Assembly: GCF_009914755.1 (NCBI RefSeq)
Contig: NC_060928.1
DNA length: 64,000 nucleotides
Strand: one strand, 5' to 3'
Source: the human T2T-CHM13v2.0 reference genome, Homo sapiens
This document shows, in pieces, positions 29,203-43,300 of this stretch. The stretch's first letter is position 1; every line of letters begins with the position of its first letter. A program made the position numbers and the translations under genes. The notes beneath the pieces are model-generated. The model was not told where the DNA came from. It did no database searches and saw only the letters and a program-made list of their open reading frames with translations.

Positions 29203-32200
29203 TACAGTATATAATAGATACTTTGGGTACTTTGATATATTATGTACAGTATATAATACATAGTTTGGTTACTTTGATATTTTTTGTACAGTATGTAAAA
29301 CATACTTTGGGGAGTTTGCTATTTTATGAACAGTATATAATACACATTTTGGGTACTTTGATATTTTATGTACGGTATATAATACATACTTTGGGTACTT
29401 TGATATTTTATGTACAGTATATAATTCATACTTTGGGTACTTTGATATTTTATGTACAGTATATAATACATACATTGGGTACTTCGATATTTTATGTGCA
29501 GTACCCTATATATAGTTTGGGTACTTTGATATTTTATGTCCAGTATAAAATAAATAGTTTTGGTACTTTGATATTTTATGTACAGTATATAGTTTGAGTA
29601 CTTTGATATTTAATGTTCAGTTTATTATAAATGTTTGGGTGCTTTCATATTTTATATACAGTATATAATACATACTTTGGGCACTTTGATATTTTCTGTA
29701 CAGTATATAATACATACTTTGGGTACTTTGATATTTTATGTATGGTATATAATACATACAATGGGTACTTTGATATTTTATGTACAGTATATAATATATA
29801 GTTTGGTTACTTTGATATTTTATATACAGTATATAATATATATTATGTGTACTTTGATATATTATGTACAGTATATAATATATAGTATGGGTTGTTTGAT
29901 ATTTTATGTACAGTATATAATATATAGTTTGGGTAGTTTGATATTTTTAGTACAGTATGTAATATATAGTTTGTTTTATTTGATATTTTATGTACAGTAT
30001 ACAATATATAGTATTGGTACTTTGATATTTCATGTAAAGTATATAGTTTGAGTACTTTGATATTTTATATGCAGTTTATTATAAATGTTTGGGTACCTTC
30101 ATATTTTATGTACAGTATATAATACATACTTTGGGAACTTTTATTTTATGTGCAGTATATAATACATACTTTGGGTACTTTGATATTTCATGTACAGTAT
30201 ATAATACACACTTTGGGTACTTTGATATTTTATGTACAGTATATAATACATACTTTGGGTACTTTGATGTATTATGTACAGTATATAATACATACTTTGG
30301 GTACTTTGATATTTTATGTACAGTATATAATACATACTTTGGGTACTTTGATATTTTATGTACAGTATGTAATACATAATTTGGGTACTTTAATATTTTA
30401 TGTGTAGTATATAATACATACTTTGGGTACTTAGATATTTTATGTACAGTATATAATACATACATTGGGTACTTTCATATTTCATGTACAGTATATAATA
30501 TATAGTTTGGGTACTTTGGTATATTATGTACTGTATGTAATACATACTTTGAGTACTTTGATATTTTATGTACAGTATATAATACATACTTTGAGTACTT
30601 TGATATTTTATGTACAGTATGTAATACATAATTTGGGTACTTTAATATTTTATGTATAGTATATAATACATACTTTGGGTACTTTGATATTTTATGTACA
30701 GTATATAATATATACATTGGGTACTTTCATATTTCATGTACAGTATATAATATATAGTTTGGGTACTTTGGTATATTATGTACTGTATATAATACATACT
30801 TTGAGTACTTTGATATTTTATGTACAGTATATAATATATAGTTTGGGTACTTTGATATTTTATATACAATATATAATATGTATTATGTGTACTTTGATAT
30901 ATTCTGTGCAGTATATAATATATAGTTTGGGTTGTTTGATATTTTATGTACAGTATATAATATATTGTTTGGGTAGTTTGATATTTTAAGTACAGTATGT
31001 AATATATAGTTTGTGTTATTTGATATTTTATGTAATGTATACAATATATAGTACTGGTACTTTGATATTTCATGTAAAGTATATAGTTTGAGTACTTTGA
31101 TATTTTATATACAGTTTATTATAAATGTTTGGGTACCTTCATATTTTATGTACAGTATATAATACATACTTTGGGAACTTTTATTTTATGTGCAGTATAT
31201 AATACATACCTTGGGTACTTTGATATTTTATGTACAGGATATAATACACACTTTGGGTACTTTGATATTTTATGTACAGTATATAATACACACTTTGGGT
31301 AGTTTGATATTTTATGTACAGTATATAATACATACTTTGGGTACTTTGATATTTTATGTACAGTATGTAATACATAATTTGGGTACTTTAATATTTTATG
31401 TATAGTATATAATACATACTTTGGGTACTTTGATATTTTATGTACAGTATATAATACATACATTGGGTACTTTCATATTTCATGTACAGTATATAATATA
31501 TAGTTTGGGTACTTTGGTATATTATGTACTGTATATAATACATACTTTGAGTACTTTGATATTTTATGTACAGTATATAATACATACTTTGCGTACTTTG
31601 ATATTTTATGTCCAGTATAGAATATATAGTTTTGGTAGTTTGATATTTTATGTACAGTATATAGTTTGAGTACTTTCACATTTTATGTACAGTTTATTAT
31701 AAATGTTTGGGTGTTTTCATATTTTATGTACTGTATATAATACATACATTGGGCACTTTGATATATTATGTACAGTATATAATACACACTTTGGGTACTC
31801 TGATATTTTATGTACAGTATATAATACACACTTTGGGTACTTTGATATTTTATGTACAGGATATAATGCATACTTTGGGTACTTTGATTGTTTATGTACA
31901 GTATATAATACATAATTTGGGTACTTTGATATTTTATGTATAGTATAAAATATACAGTTTGGGTACTTTGATATTTTATGTACAGTATGTAAAACATACT
32001 TTGGGGAGTTTGATATTTTATGTACAGTATGTAAAACATAATTTGGGGAGTTTGATATTTTATGAACAGTATATAATACACATTTTGTGTACTTTGGTAT
32101 TTTATGTACAGTATATAATACATACTTTGGGTACTTTGATATTTTATGTACAGTATATAATACATACTTTGGGTACTTTGATATTTTATGTACAGTATAC

Positions 32201-34167
32201 AATATATAGTTTGAGTACTTTGATATTTTATGTACTGTATAAAATATATAGTTTTGGTACTTTGATATTTTATGTACAGTATATAGTTTGAGTACTTTGA
32301 TATTTTATGTACAGTTTGTTATAAATATTTGGGTGCTTTCATATTTTATGTACTGTATATAATACATGCTTTAGGCACTTTGATATTTTATGTACAGTAT
32401 ATAATACATACTTTGGGTACTCTGATATTTTATGTACAGTGTATAATACATACTTTGGGTACTTTGATATTTTATGTACAGTATATAATACATAAATTGG
32501 GTACTTTGATATATTATGTACAGTATATAATACTTACTTGGGGTACTTTGATATTTTATGTACAGTATATAATACATAGTTTGTGTACTTTGATATTTTA
32601 TGTACAGTACATAATACATACTATTGGTACTTTGATATTTTATGTACAGTATACAATATATAGTTTGAGTACTTTGATATTTTATGTCCAGTATAAAATA
32701 TATAGATTTCGTACTTTGATATTTTATGTACAGAATATAGTTTGAGTACTTTGATATTTTATGTACACTTTATTATAAAAGTTTGGGTACTTTCATATTT
32801 TACGTACAGTATATAATACATACTTTGGGCACTTTGATGTTTTATGCACAGTATATAATACATACTTTGGGTACTTTTATATTTTATGTACAGTATATAA
32901 TACATAGTTTGGGTACTTTGATATTTAATATACAGTATATAATGCACACTTTGCGTACTTTGATATTTTATGTAAAGTATGTAATACATACTTTGTGTAG
33001 TTTGATATTTTATGTACAGTATGTAATACACACTTTGGGTACTTTGATATTTTATGTACAGTATGTAAAACATACTTTGGGTAGTTTGATATTTTATGAT
33101 CAGTATATAATACACATTTTGGGTACTTTGATATTTTATGTACAGTGTATAATACATACGTTGGGTACTTTGATATTTTATGTACAGGATATAATGCATA
33201 CTTTGGGTACTTTGATAGTTTATGTACAGTATATAATACTTACTTTGGGTACTTTGATATTTTATATATAGTATAAAATATATAGTTTGGGTAGTTTGAT
33301 ATTTTAAGTATAGTATATGATACATACTTTGGGTACTTAGATATTTTATCTACAGTGTATAATAAATACTATGGGTACTTTGATATATTATGTACAATAG
33401 ATAATACATACTTTGGGTACTTTGATATTTTATGTACAGTATATAATACATACTTTGGGTACTTTGATATTTTATGTACAGTATATAATACATACATTGG
33501 GTGCTTTCATATTTCATGTACACTATATAATATATAGTTTGGGTACTTTGGTATATTATGTACTGTATATAATACATACTTTGAGTATTTTGATATTTTA
33601 TGTACAGTATATAATACATACTTTGGGTACTTTGATATTTTATGTACAGTATATAATGCATACTTTGGGTACTTCGATAGTTTATGCACAGTATACAATA
33701 CATACTTTGGGTACTTTGATATTTTATGTACTGTATATAATGCATACTTTGGGTACTTTGATAGTTTATGTACAGTATACAATACATACTTTGGGTACTT
33801 TGATATTTTATGTACAGTACATAATATGTAGTTTGGGTACTTTGATATTTTAACTACAGTATATAATACATACTTTGGGTACTTTGATATTTTATCTACA
33901 GTATATAATAGATACTTTGGGTACTTTGATATATTATGTACAGTATATAATACATAGTTTGGTTACTTTGATATTTTTTGTACAGTATGTAAAACATACT
34001 TTGGGGAGTTTGATATTTTATGAACAGTATATAATACACATTTTGGGTACTTTGATATTTTATGTACGGTATATAATACATACTTTGGGTACTTTGATAT
34101 TTTATGTACAGTATATAATTCATACTTTGGGTACTTTGATATTTTATGTACAGTATATAATACATAC
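29203..34167. repeat. Second copy of 20259-25223
   Basis: The 8944 offset is constant. Rare variants are shared: ATACAATGG, GTACTTAGAT, ATTCTGTGC, AGTACTGG, TTTCACAT, CATAAATTGG, AATAGATAA. Confidence 0.9.
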
Positions 34168-34419
34168 ATTGGGTACTTCGATATTTTATGTGCAGTACCA
34201 TATATATAGTTTGGGTACTTTGATATTTTATGTCCAGTATAAAATAAATAGTTTTGGTACTTTGATATTTTATGTACAGTATATAGTTTGAGTACTTTGA
34301 TATTTAATGTACAGTTTATTATAAATGTTTGGGTGCTTTCATATTTTATATACAGTATATAATACATACTTTGGGCACTTTGATATTTTCTGTACAGTAT
34401 ATATTACATACTTTGGGTA

Positions 34420-37345
34420 CTTTGATATTTTATGTACAGTATACAATATATAGTTTGAGTACTTTGATATTTTATGTACTGTATAAAATATATAGTTTTG
34501 GTACTTTGATATTTTATGTACAGTATATAGATTGAGTACTTTGATATTTTATGTACAGTTTGTTATAAATGTTTGGGTGCTTTCATATTTTATGTACTGT
34601 ATATAATACATGCTTTGGGCACTTTGATATTTTATGTACAGTATATAATACATACTTTGGGTACTCTGATATTTTATGTACAGTGTATAATACATACTTT
34701 GGGTACTTTGATATTTTATGTACAGTATATAATACATACATTGGGTACTTTGATATATTATGTACAGTATATAATACTTACTTGGGGTACTTTGATATTT
34801 TATGTACAGTATATAATACATAGTTTGTGTACTTTGATATTTTATGTACAGTATATAATACATACTTTGGGTACTTTGATATTTTATGTACAGTATATAA
34901 TACATACTTTGGGTATCTTGACATTTTATGTACAGTATGTAATGCATACTTTGGGTACTTTGATATTTTATGTACAGTATGTAATACATACTTTGGGTAC
35001 TTTGATATTTTATGTATAGTATATAATACATACTTTGTGTAGTTTGATATTTTATGTACAGTATACAATATATAGTTTGAGTACTTTGTTATTTTATGTC
35101 CAGTATAAAATATATAGTTTTTGTAATTGATATTTTATGTACAGAATATAGTTTGAGTACTTTGATATTTTATGTACACTTTATTATAAATGTTTGGGTA
35201 CTTTCATATTTTATGTACAGTATATAATACATACATTGGTCTCTTTGATGTTTTATATACAGTATATAATACATACTTTGTGTTCTTTGATATTTTATGG
35301 ACAGAATATAATGCATAGTATTAGGTACTTTTATATTTTATGTACAGTATATAATACATACTTTGGGTACTTTGATATTTTATGTACAGTATATAATACA
35401 TACTTTGGGAACTTTGATATTTTATGTACAGTATGTAATACATACTTTGGGTACTTTGATATTTTATGTACACTATATAATACATACTATTGGTACTTTG
35501 ATATTTTATGTACAGTATACAATATATAGTTTGAGTACTTTGATATTTTATGTCCAGTATAAAATATATAGATTTCATACTTTGATATTTTATGTACTGA
35601 ATGTAGTTTGAGTACTTTGATATTTTATGTACACTTTATTATAAAAGTTTGGGTACTTTCATATTTTACGTACAGTATATAATACATACTTTGGGCACTT
35701 TGATGTTTTATGTACAGTATATAATACATACTTTGGGTTCTTTGATATTTTATGTACAGCATATAATACATAATTTGGGGACTTTTATATTTTATGTACA
35801 TTATATTATACATACTTTGGGTACTTTTATATTTTATGTACGGTATATAATACATACTTTGGGTACTTTGATATATTATGTACAGTATATAATACATACC
35901 TTGGGTACTTTGATATATTATGTACAGTATATAATACATACTAAGGGTACTTTGACATTTTATGTACAGTACATAATACATACTTTGGGAACTTTGATAT
36001 TTTATGTACAGTATATAATGCATACTTTGGATACTTTGATATTTTATGTACAGTATATAATACATATTTTGGGTACTTTGATATTTTATGTACAGTATGT
36101 AATACATAATTTGGGTAATTTAATATTTTATTTATAGTATATAATACATACTTTGGGTACTTTGATATTTTATGGACAGTGTATAATACATACTTTTGGT
36201 ATTCTGATATTTTATGTACAGTGTATAATATATAGTTTGGGTACTTTGGTATTTTATATACAGTATATAATACATACTTTGGGTACTTTGATATTTTATG
36301 TACAGTATATAATACATACTTTGGGTACTTTGATATTTTATGTACAGTATATAATACATACTTTGGGTACTTTGATATTTTATGCACAGTATACAATATA
36401 TAGTTTGAGTACTTTGATATTTTATGTACTGTATAAAGTATATAGTTTTGGTACTTTGATATTTTATGTACAGTATATAGTTTGAGTACTTTGATATTTT
36501 ATGTACAGTTTGTTATAAATGTTTGGGTGCTTTCATATTTTATGTACTGTATATAATACATGCTTTGGGCACTTTGATATTTTATGTACAGTATATAATA
36601 CATACTTTGGGTACTCTGATATTTTATGTACAGTGTATAATACATACTTTGGGTACTTTGATATTTTATGTACAGTATATAATACATACATTGGGTACTT
36701 TGATATATTATGTACAGTATATAATACTTACTTGGGGTACTTTGATATTTTATGTACAGTATATAATACATACTTTGTGTACTTTGATATTTTATGTACA
36801 GTATATAATACATACTTTGGGTACTTTGATATTTTATGTACAGTATATAATACATACTTTGGGTATCTTGACATTTTATGTACAGTATATAATGCATACT
36901 TTGGGTACTTTGATATTTTATGTACAGTATATAATGCATACTTTGGGTACTTTGATATTTTATGTACAGTATGTAATACATACTTTGGGTACTTTGATAT
37001 TTTATGTATAGTATATAATACATACTTTGTGTAGTTTGATATTTTATGTACAGTATACAATATATAGTTTGAGTACTTTGTTATTTTATGTCCAGTTTAA
37101 AATATATAGTTTTCGTAATTGATATTTTATGTACAGAATATAGTTTGAGTACTTTGATATTTTATGTACACTTTATTATAAATGTTTGGGTACTTTCATA
37201 TTTTATGTACAGTATATAATACATACATTGGTCTCTTTGATGTTTTATGTACAGTATATAATACATACTTTGGGTTCTTTGATATTTTATGTACAGAATA
37301 TAATGCATAGTATTAGGTACTTTTATATTTTATGTACAGTATATA
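34420..37345. repeat. Near-tandem duplication of ~0.95 kb (34.4-35.35 kb and 36.37-37.34 kb; offset 1950, then 1992)
   Basis: ORF pairs 34549/36499, 34569/36519 and 35194/37186. Shared variants GTATCTTGAC, ACATTGGTCTC and GCATAGTATTAGG. Boundaries are approximate. Confidence 0.75.
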
Positions 37346-40300
37346 ATACATACTTTGGGTACTTTTATATTTTATGTACAGTATATAATACATACTTTGG
37401 GTACTTTGATATTTAATGTACAGTATATAATGCACACTTTGCGTACTGTGATATTTTATGTAAAGTATGTAATACATACTGTGGGTAGTTTGATATTTTA
37501 TGTACAGTATGTAATACACACTTTGGGTACTTTGATATTTTATGTATAGTATATAATACATACTTTGGGTACTTTGATATTTTATGTACAGTATGTAATA
37601 CATAATTTGGGTAATTTAATATTTTATGTATAGTATATAATACATACTTTGGGTACTTTGATATTTTATGGACAGTGTATAATACATACTTTGGGTACTT
37701 TGATATTTTATGTACAGTGTATAATATATAGTTTGGGTACTTTGATATTTTATATACAGTATATAATACATACTTTGGGTACTTTGATATTTTATGTACA
37801 GTATATAATATATAGTTTGGGTACTTTGATATTTTATGTACGGTATATAATACATACTTTGGGTACTTTGATATTTTATGTACAGTATATAATACATACT
37901 TTGGGTACTTTGATATTTTATGTACAGTATACAATATATAGTTTGAGTACTTTGATATTTTATGTGCAGTATAAAATATATAGTGTTGGTAGTTTGATGT
38001 TTTATGTACAGTATATATTTTGAGTACTTTGATATTTTATGTACAGTTTATTATAAATGTTTGGGTAGTTTCATATTTGACGTACAGTATATAATACATA
38101 ATTTGGGCACTTTGATATTTTATGTACAGTATATAATACATACTTTGGGTAATTTTATATTTTATGTACAGTATATATTACATACTTTGGGTTTTTTGAT
38201 ATTTAATGTACAGTATATAATGCACACTTTGCGTACTGTGATATTTTATGTAAAGTATGTAATACATACTGTGGGTAGTTTAATATTTTATGTACAGTAT
38301 GTAATACACACTTTGGGTACTTTGATATTTTATGTTCAGTATGTAAAACATACTTTGGGTAGTTTAATATTTTATGATGAGTATATAATACACATTTTGG
38401 GTACTTTGATATTTTATGTACAGTGTATAATACATACTTTGGGTACTTTGATATTTTATGTACAGGATATAATGCATATTTTGGGTACTTTGATAGTTTA
38501 TGTACAGTATATAATACATACTTTGGGTACTTTGATATTTTATGTATAGTATAAAATATATAGTTCGGGTAGTTTGATATTTTATGTACAGTATGTAAAA
38601 CATACTTTGGGGAGTTTGATATTTTATGAACAGTATATAATACACATTTTGTGTACTTTGATATTTTATGTACAGTATATATTACATACTTTGGGTACTT
38701 TGATATTTTATGTACAGTATACAATATATACTTTGAGTAATTTGATATTTTATGTACTGTATAAAATATATAGTTTTGGTAGTTTGATGTTTTATGTACA
38801 GTATATATTTTGAGTACTTTGATATTTTATGTACAGTTTATTATAAATGTTTCGGTACTTTCATATTTTACGTACAGTATATAATACATACTTTGGGCAC
38901 TTTGATGTTTTATGTACAGTATATAATACATACTTTGGGTTCTTTGATATTTTATGTACAGCATATAATACATAATTTGGGGACTTTTATATTTTATGTA
39001 CATTATATTATACATACTTTGGGTACTTTTATTTTTTATATACGGTATATAATACATACTTTGGGTACTTTGATATATTATGTACAGTATATAATACATA
39101 CTTTGGGTACTTTGATATATTATGTACAGTATATAATACATACTAAGGGTACTTTGACATTTTATGTACAGTACATAATACATACTTTGGGTACTTTGAT
39201 ATTTTATGTACAGTATATAATGCATACTTTGGATACTTTGATATTTTATGTACAGTATATAATACATACTTTGGGTACTTTGATATTTTATGTACAGTAT
39301 GTAATACATAATTTGGGTACTTTAATATTTTATGTATAGTATATAATACATACTTTGGGTACTTTGATATTTTATGGACAGTGTATAATACATACTTTGG
39401 GTACTTTGATATTTTATGTACAGTATATAATATATAGTTTGGGTACTTTGACATTTTATATACAGTATATAATACATACTTTGGGTACTTTGATATTTTG
39501 TGTACAGTATATAATACATACTTTGGGTACTTTGATATTTTATGCACAGTATACAATATATAGTTTGAGTACTTTGATATTTTATGTACTGTATAAAATA
39601 TATAGTTTTGGTACTTTGATATTTTATGTACAGTATATAGTTTGAGTACTTTGATATTTTATGTACAGTTTGTTAAAAATGTTTGGGTGCTTTCATATTT
39701 TATGTACAGTATATAATACATACTTTGGGCACTTTGATATCTTATGTACAGTATATAATACATATTTTGGGTACTCTGATATTTTATGTACAGTGTATAA
39801 TACATAATTTGTGTACTTTGATATTTTATGTACAGTATATAATACATACGTTGGGTACTTTGATATATTATTTACAGTATATAATACATACTTTGGGTAC
39901 TTTGATATTTTATGTACAGTATATAATCCATAGTTTGTGTACTTTGATATTTTATGTACAGTATATAATACATACTTTGGGTACTTTGATATTTTATGTA
40001 CAGTATATAATACATACTTTGGGTACTTTCATGTTTTATGTACAGTATATAATATATAGTTTGGGTACTTTGATATTTTATGTACGGTATATAATACATA
40101 CTTTGGGTACTTTGATATTTTATGTACAGTATATAATACATAATTTGGGTACTTTGATATTTTATGTACAGTATACAATATATAGTTTGAGTACTTTGAT
40201 ATTTTATGTGCAGTACAAAATATATAGTGTTGGTAGTTTGATGTTTTATGTACAGTATATATTTTGAGTACTTTGATATTTTATGTACGGTATATAATAC

Positions 40301-43300
40301 ATACTTTGGGAACTTTGATATTTTAGGTACAGTATGTAAAACGTACTTTGGGTACTTTGATATTTTATGTACAGGATATAATGCATACTTTGGGTACTTT
40401 GATAGTTTATGTACAGTATATAATACATACTTTGGGTACTTTGATATTTTATGTATAGTATAAAATATATAGTTTGGGTACTTTGATATTTTATGTACAG
40501 TATGTAAAAGATACTTTGGGGAGTTTGATATTATATGTACAGTATGTAAAACATACTTTGGGGAGTTTGATATTTTATGAACAGTATATAATACACATTT
40601 TGTGTACTTTGATATTTTATGTACAGTATATAATACAAACTTTGGGTTCTTTGATATTTTATGTACAGAATATAATGCATAGTTTTAGGTACTTTTATAT
40701 TTTATGTACAGTATGTAATACATACTTTGGCTACTTTGATATTTTATGTACAGTATATAATACACACTTTGGGGATTTTGATATTTTATGTACAGTATAT
40801 AATACACACTTTGGGTACTTTGATATTTTATGTACAGTATATAATACATACTTGGGTACTGTGATATTTTTTGTACAGTATATAATACATACTTTGGGTA
40901 CTTTGATATTTTATGTACAGTATATAATACATACTATTGGTACTTTGATATTTTATGTACAGTATACAATATATAGTTTGAGTACTTTGATATATTATGT
41001 CCAGTATAAAATATATAGATTTCATACTTTGATATTTTTGTACTGAATGTAGTTTGAGTACTTTGATATTTTATGTACACTTTATTATAAAAGTTTGGGT
41101 ACTTTGATATTTTACATACAGTATATAATACATACTTTGGGCACTTTGATGTTTTATGTACAGTATATAATACATACTTTGGGTTCTTTGATATTTTATG
41201 TACAGCATATAATACATAATTTGGGGACTTTTATATTTTATGTACATTATATTATACATACTTTGGGTACTTTTATATTTTATGTACGGTATATAATACA
41301 CACTTTGGGCACTTTGATATTTTATGTACAGTATATAATACATACTTTGGGTACTTTGATATTTTATGTACAGTATATAATACATACTTTGGGAACTTTG
41401 ATATTTTATGTACAGTATGTAAAACATACTTTGGGTACTTTGATATTTTATGTACAGTATATAATACATACTATTGGTACTTTGATATTTTATGTCCAGT
41501 ATAAAATATATAGATTTCGTACTTTGATATTTTATGTACAGAATATAGTTTGAGTACTTTGATATTTTATGTACAATTTATTATAAAAGTTTGGGTACTT
41601 TCATATTTTACGTACAGTATATAATACATATTTTGGGCACTTTGATGTTTTATGTACAGTATATAATACATACTTTAGGTTCTTTTATATTTTATGTACA
41701 GCATATACTACAAAATTTGGGGACTTTTATATTTTATGTACATTATATAATACATACTTTGGGTACTTTTATATTTTATGTACGGTATATAATAGATACT
41801 TTGGGTACTTTGATATATTATGTACAGTATATAATATATACTTTGGGTAATTTGATATATTATGTACAGTATATAATACATACTTAGGGTACTTTGACAT
41901 TTTATGTACAGTATATAATACATACTTTGGGTACTTTGATATTTTATGAACAGTCTATAATACATACTTTGGGTACTTTGATATTTTATGTAATGTATAT
42001 AATACATACTTTGGGTACTTTTATATTTTATGTACAGTATATAATATATAGTTTGGGTACTTTGATATTTTATGTACGGTATATAATACATACTTTGGGT
42101 ACTTTGATATTTTATGTATAGTATATAATACATACTTTGGGTACTTTGATATTGTATGTACAGTATACAATATATAGTTTGAGTACTTTGATATTTTATG
42201 TACTGTATAAAATATATAGTTTTGGTACTTTGATATTTTATGTATAGTATATAGTTTGAGTACTTTTATATTTTATGTACAGTTTTTTATAAATATTTGG
42301 GTGCTTTCATATTTTATGTACAGTATATAATACATACTAAGCACACTTTGATATTTTATGTACAGTATATAATACATACTTTGGTTACTCTGATATTTTA
42401 TGTACAGTGTATAATACATACTTTGGGTACTTTGATATTTTATGTACAATATATAATACATACGTTGGGAACTTTGATATATTATGTACAGTATATAATT
42501 CATACTTTTGGTACTTTGATATTTTATGTACAGTATATAATACATAGTTTGTGTACTTTGATATTTTATGTACAGTATATAATACATACTGTGGGTACTT
42601 TGATATTTTATATACAGTATATAATACATACTTTGGGTACTTTCATATTTTATGTACAGTATATAATATATAGTTTGGGTACTTTGATATTTTATCTACA
42701 GCTTATAATACATACTTTGGGTACTTTGATATTTTATGTACAGTATATAATACATACTTTGGGTAGTTTGATATTTTATGTACAGTATACGATATATAGT
42801 TTGAGTACTTTGATATTTTATGTGCACTATAAAATATATAGTTTTGGTACTTTGATATTTTATGTACAGTTTATAGTTTGAGTACTTTGATATTTTATGT
42901 ACAGTTTATTATAAATGTTTGGGTACTTTCATATTTGATGTACAGTACATAATACATAATTTGGGCACTTTGATATTTTATGTACAGTATATAATACATA
43001 CTTTGGGTACTTTTCTATTTTATGTACAGTATATAATACATACTTTGGGTACTTTGATATTTAATGTACAGTATATAATATACACTTTCCGTACTTTGAT
43101 ATTTTATGTAAAGCATGTAATACATACTTTGGGCAGTTTGATATTTTATGTACAGTATGTAATACACACTTTGGGTACTTTGATATTTTATGTACAGTAT
43201 GTAAAACATACTTTGGGTAGTTTGATATATTATGTACAGTATATAATACATACTTTGGGTACTCTGATATTTTATGTCCAGTGTATAATACATACTTTGG

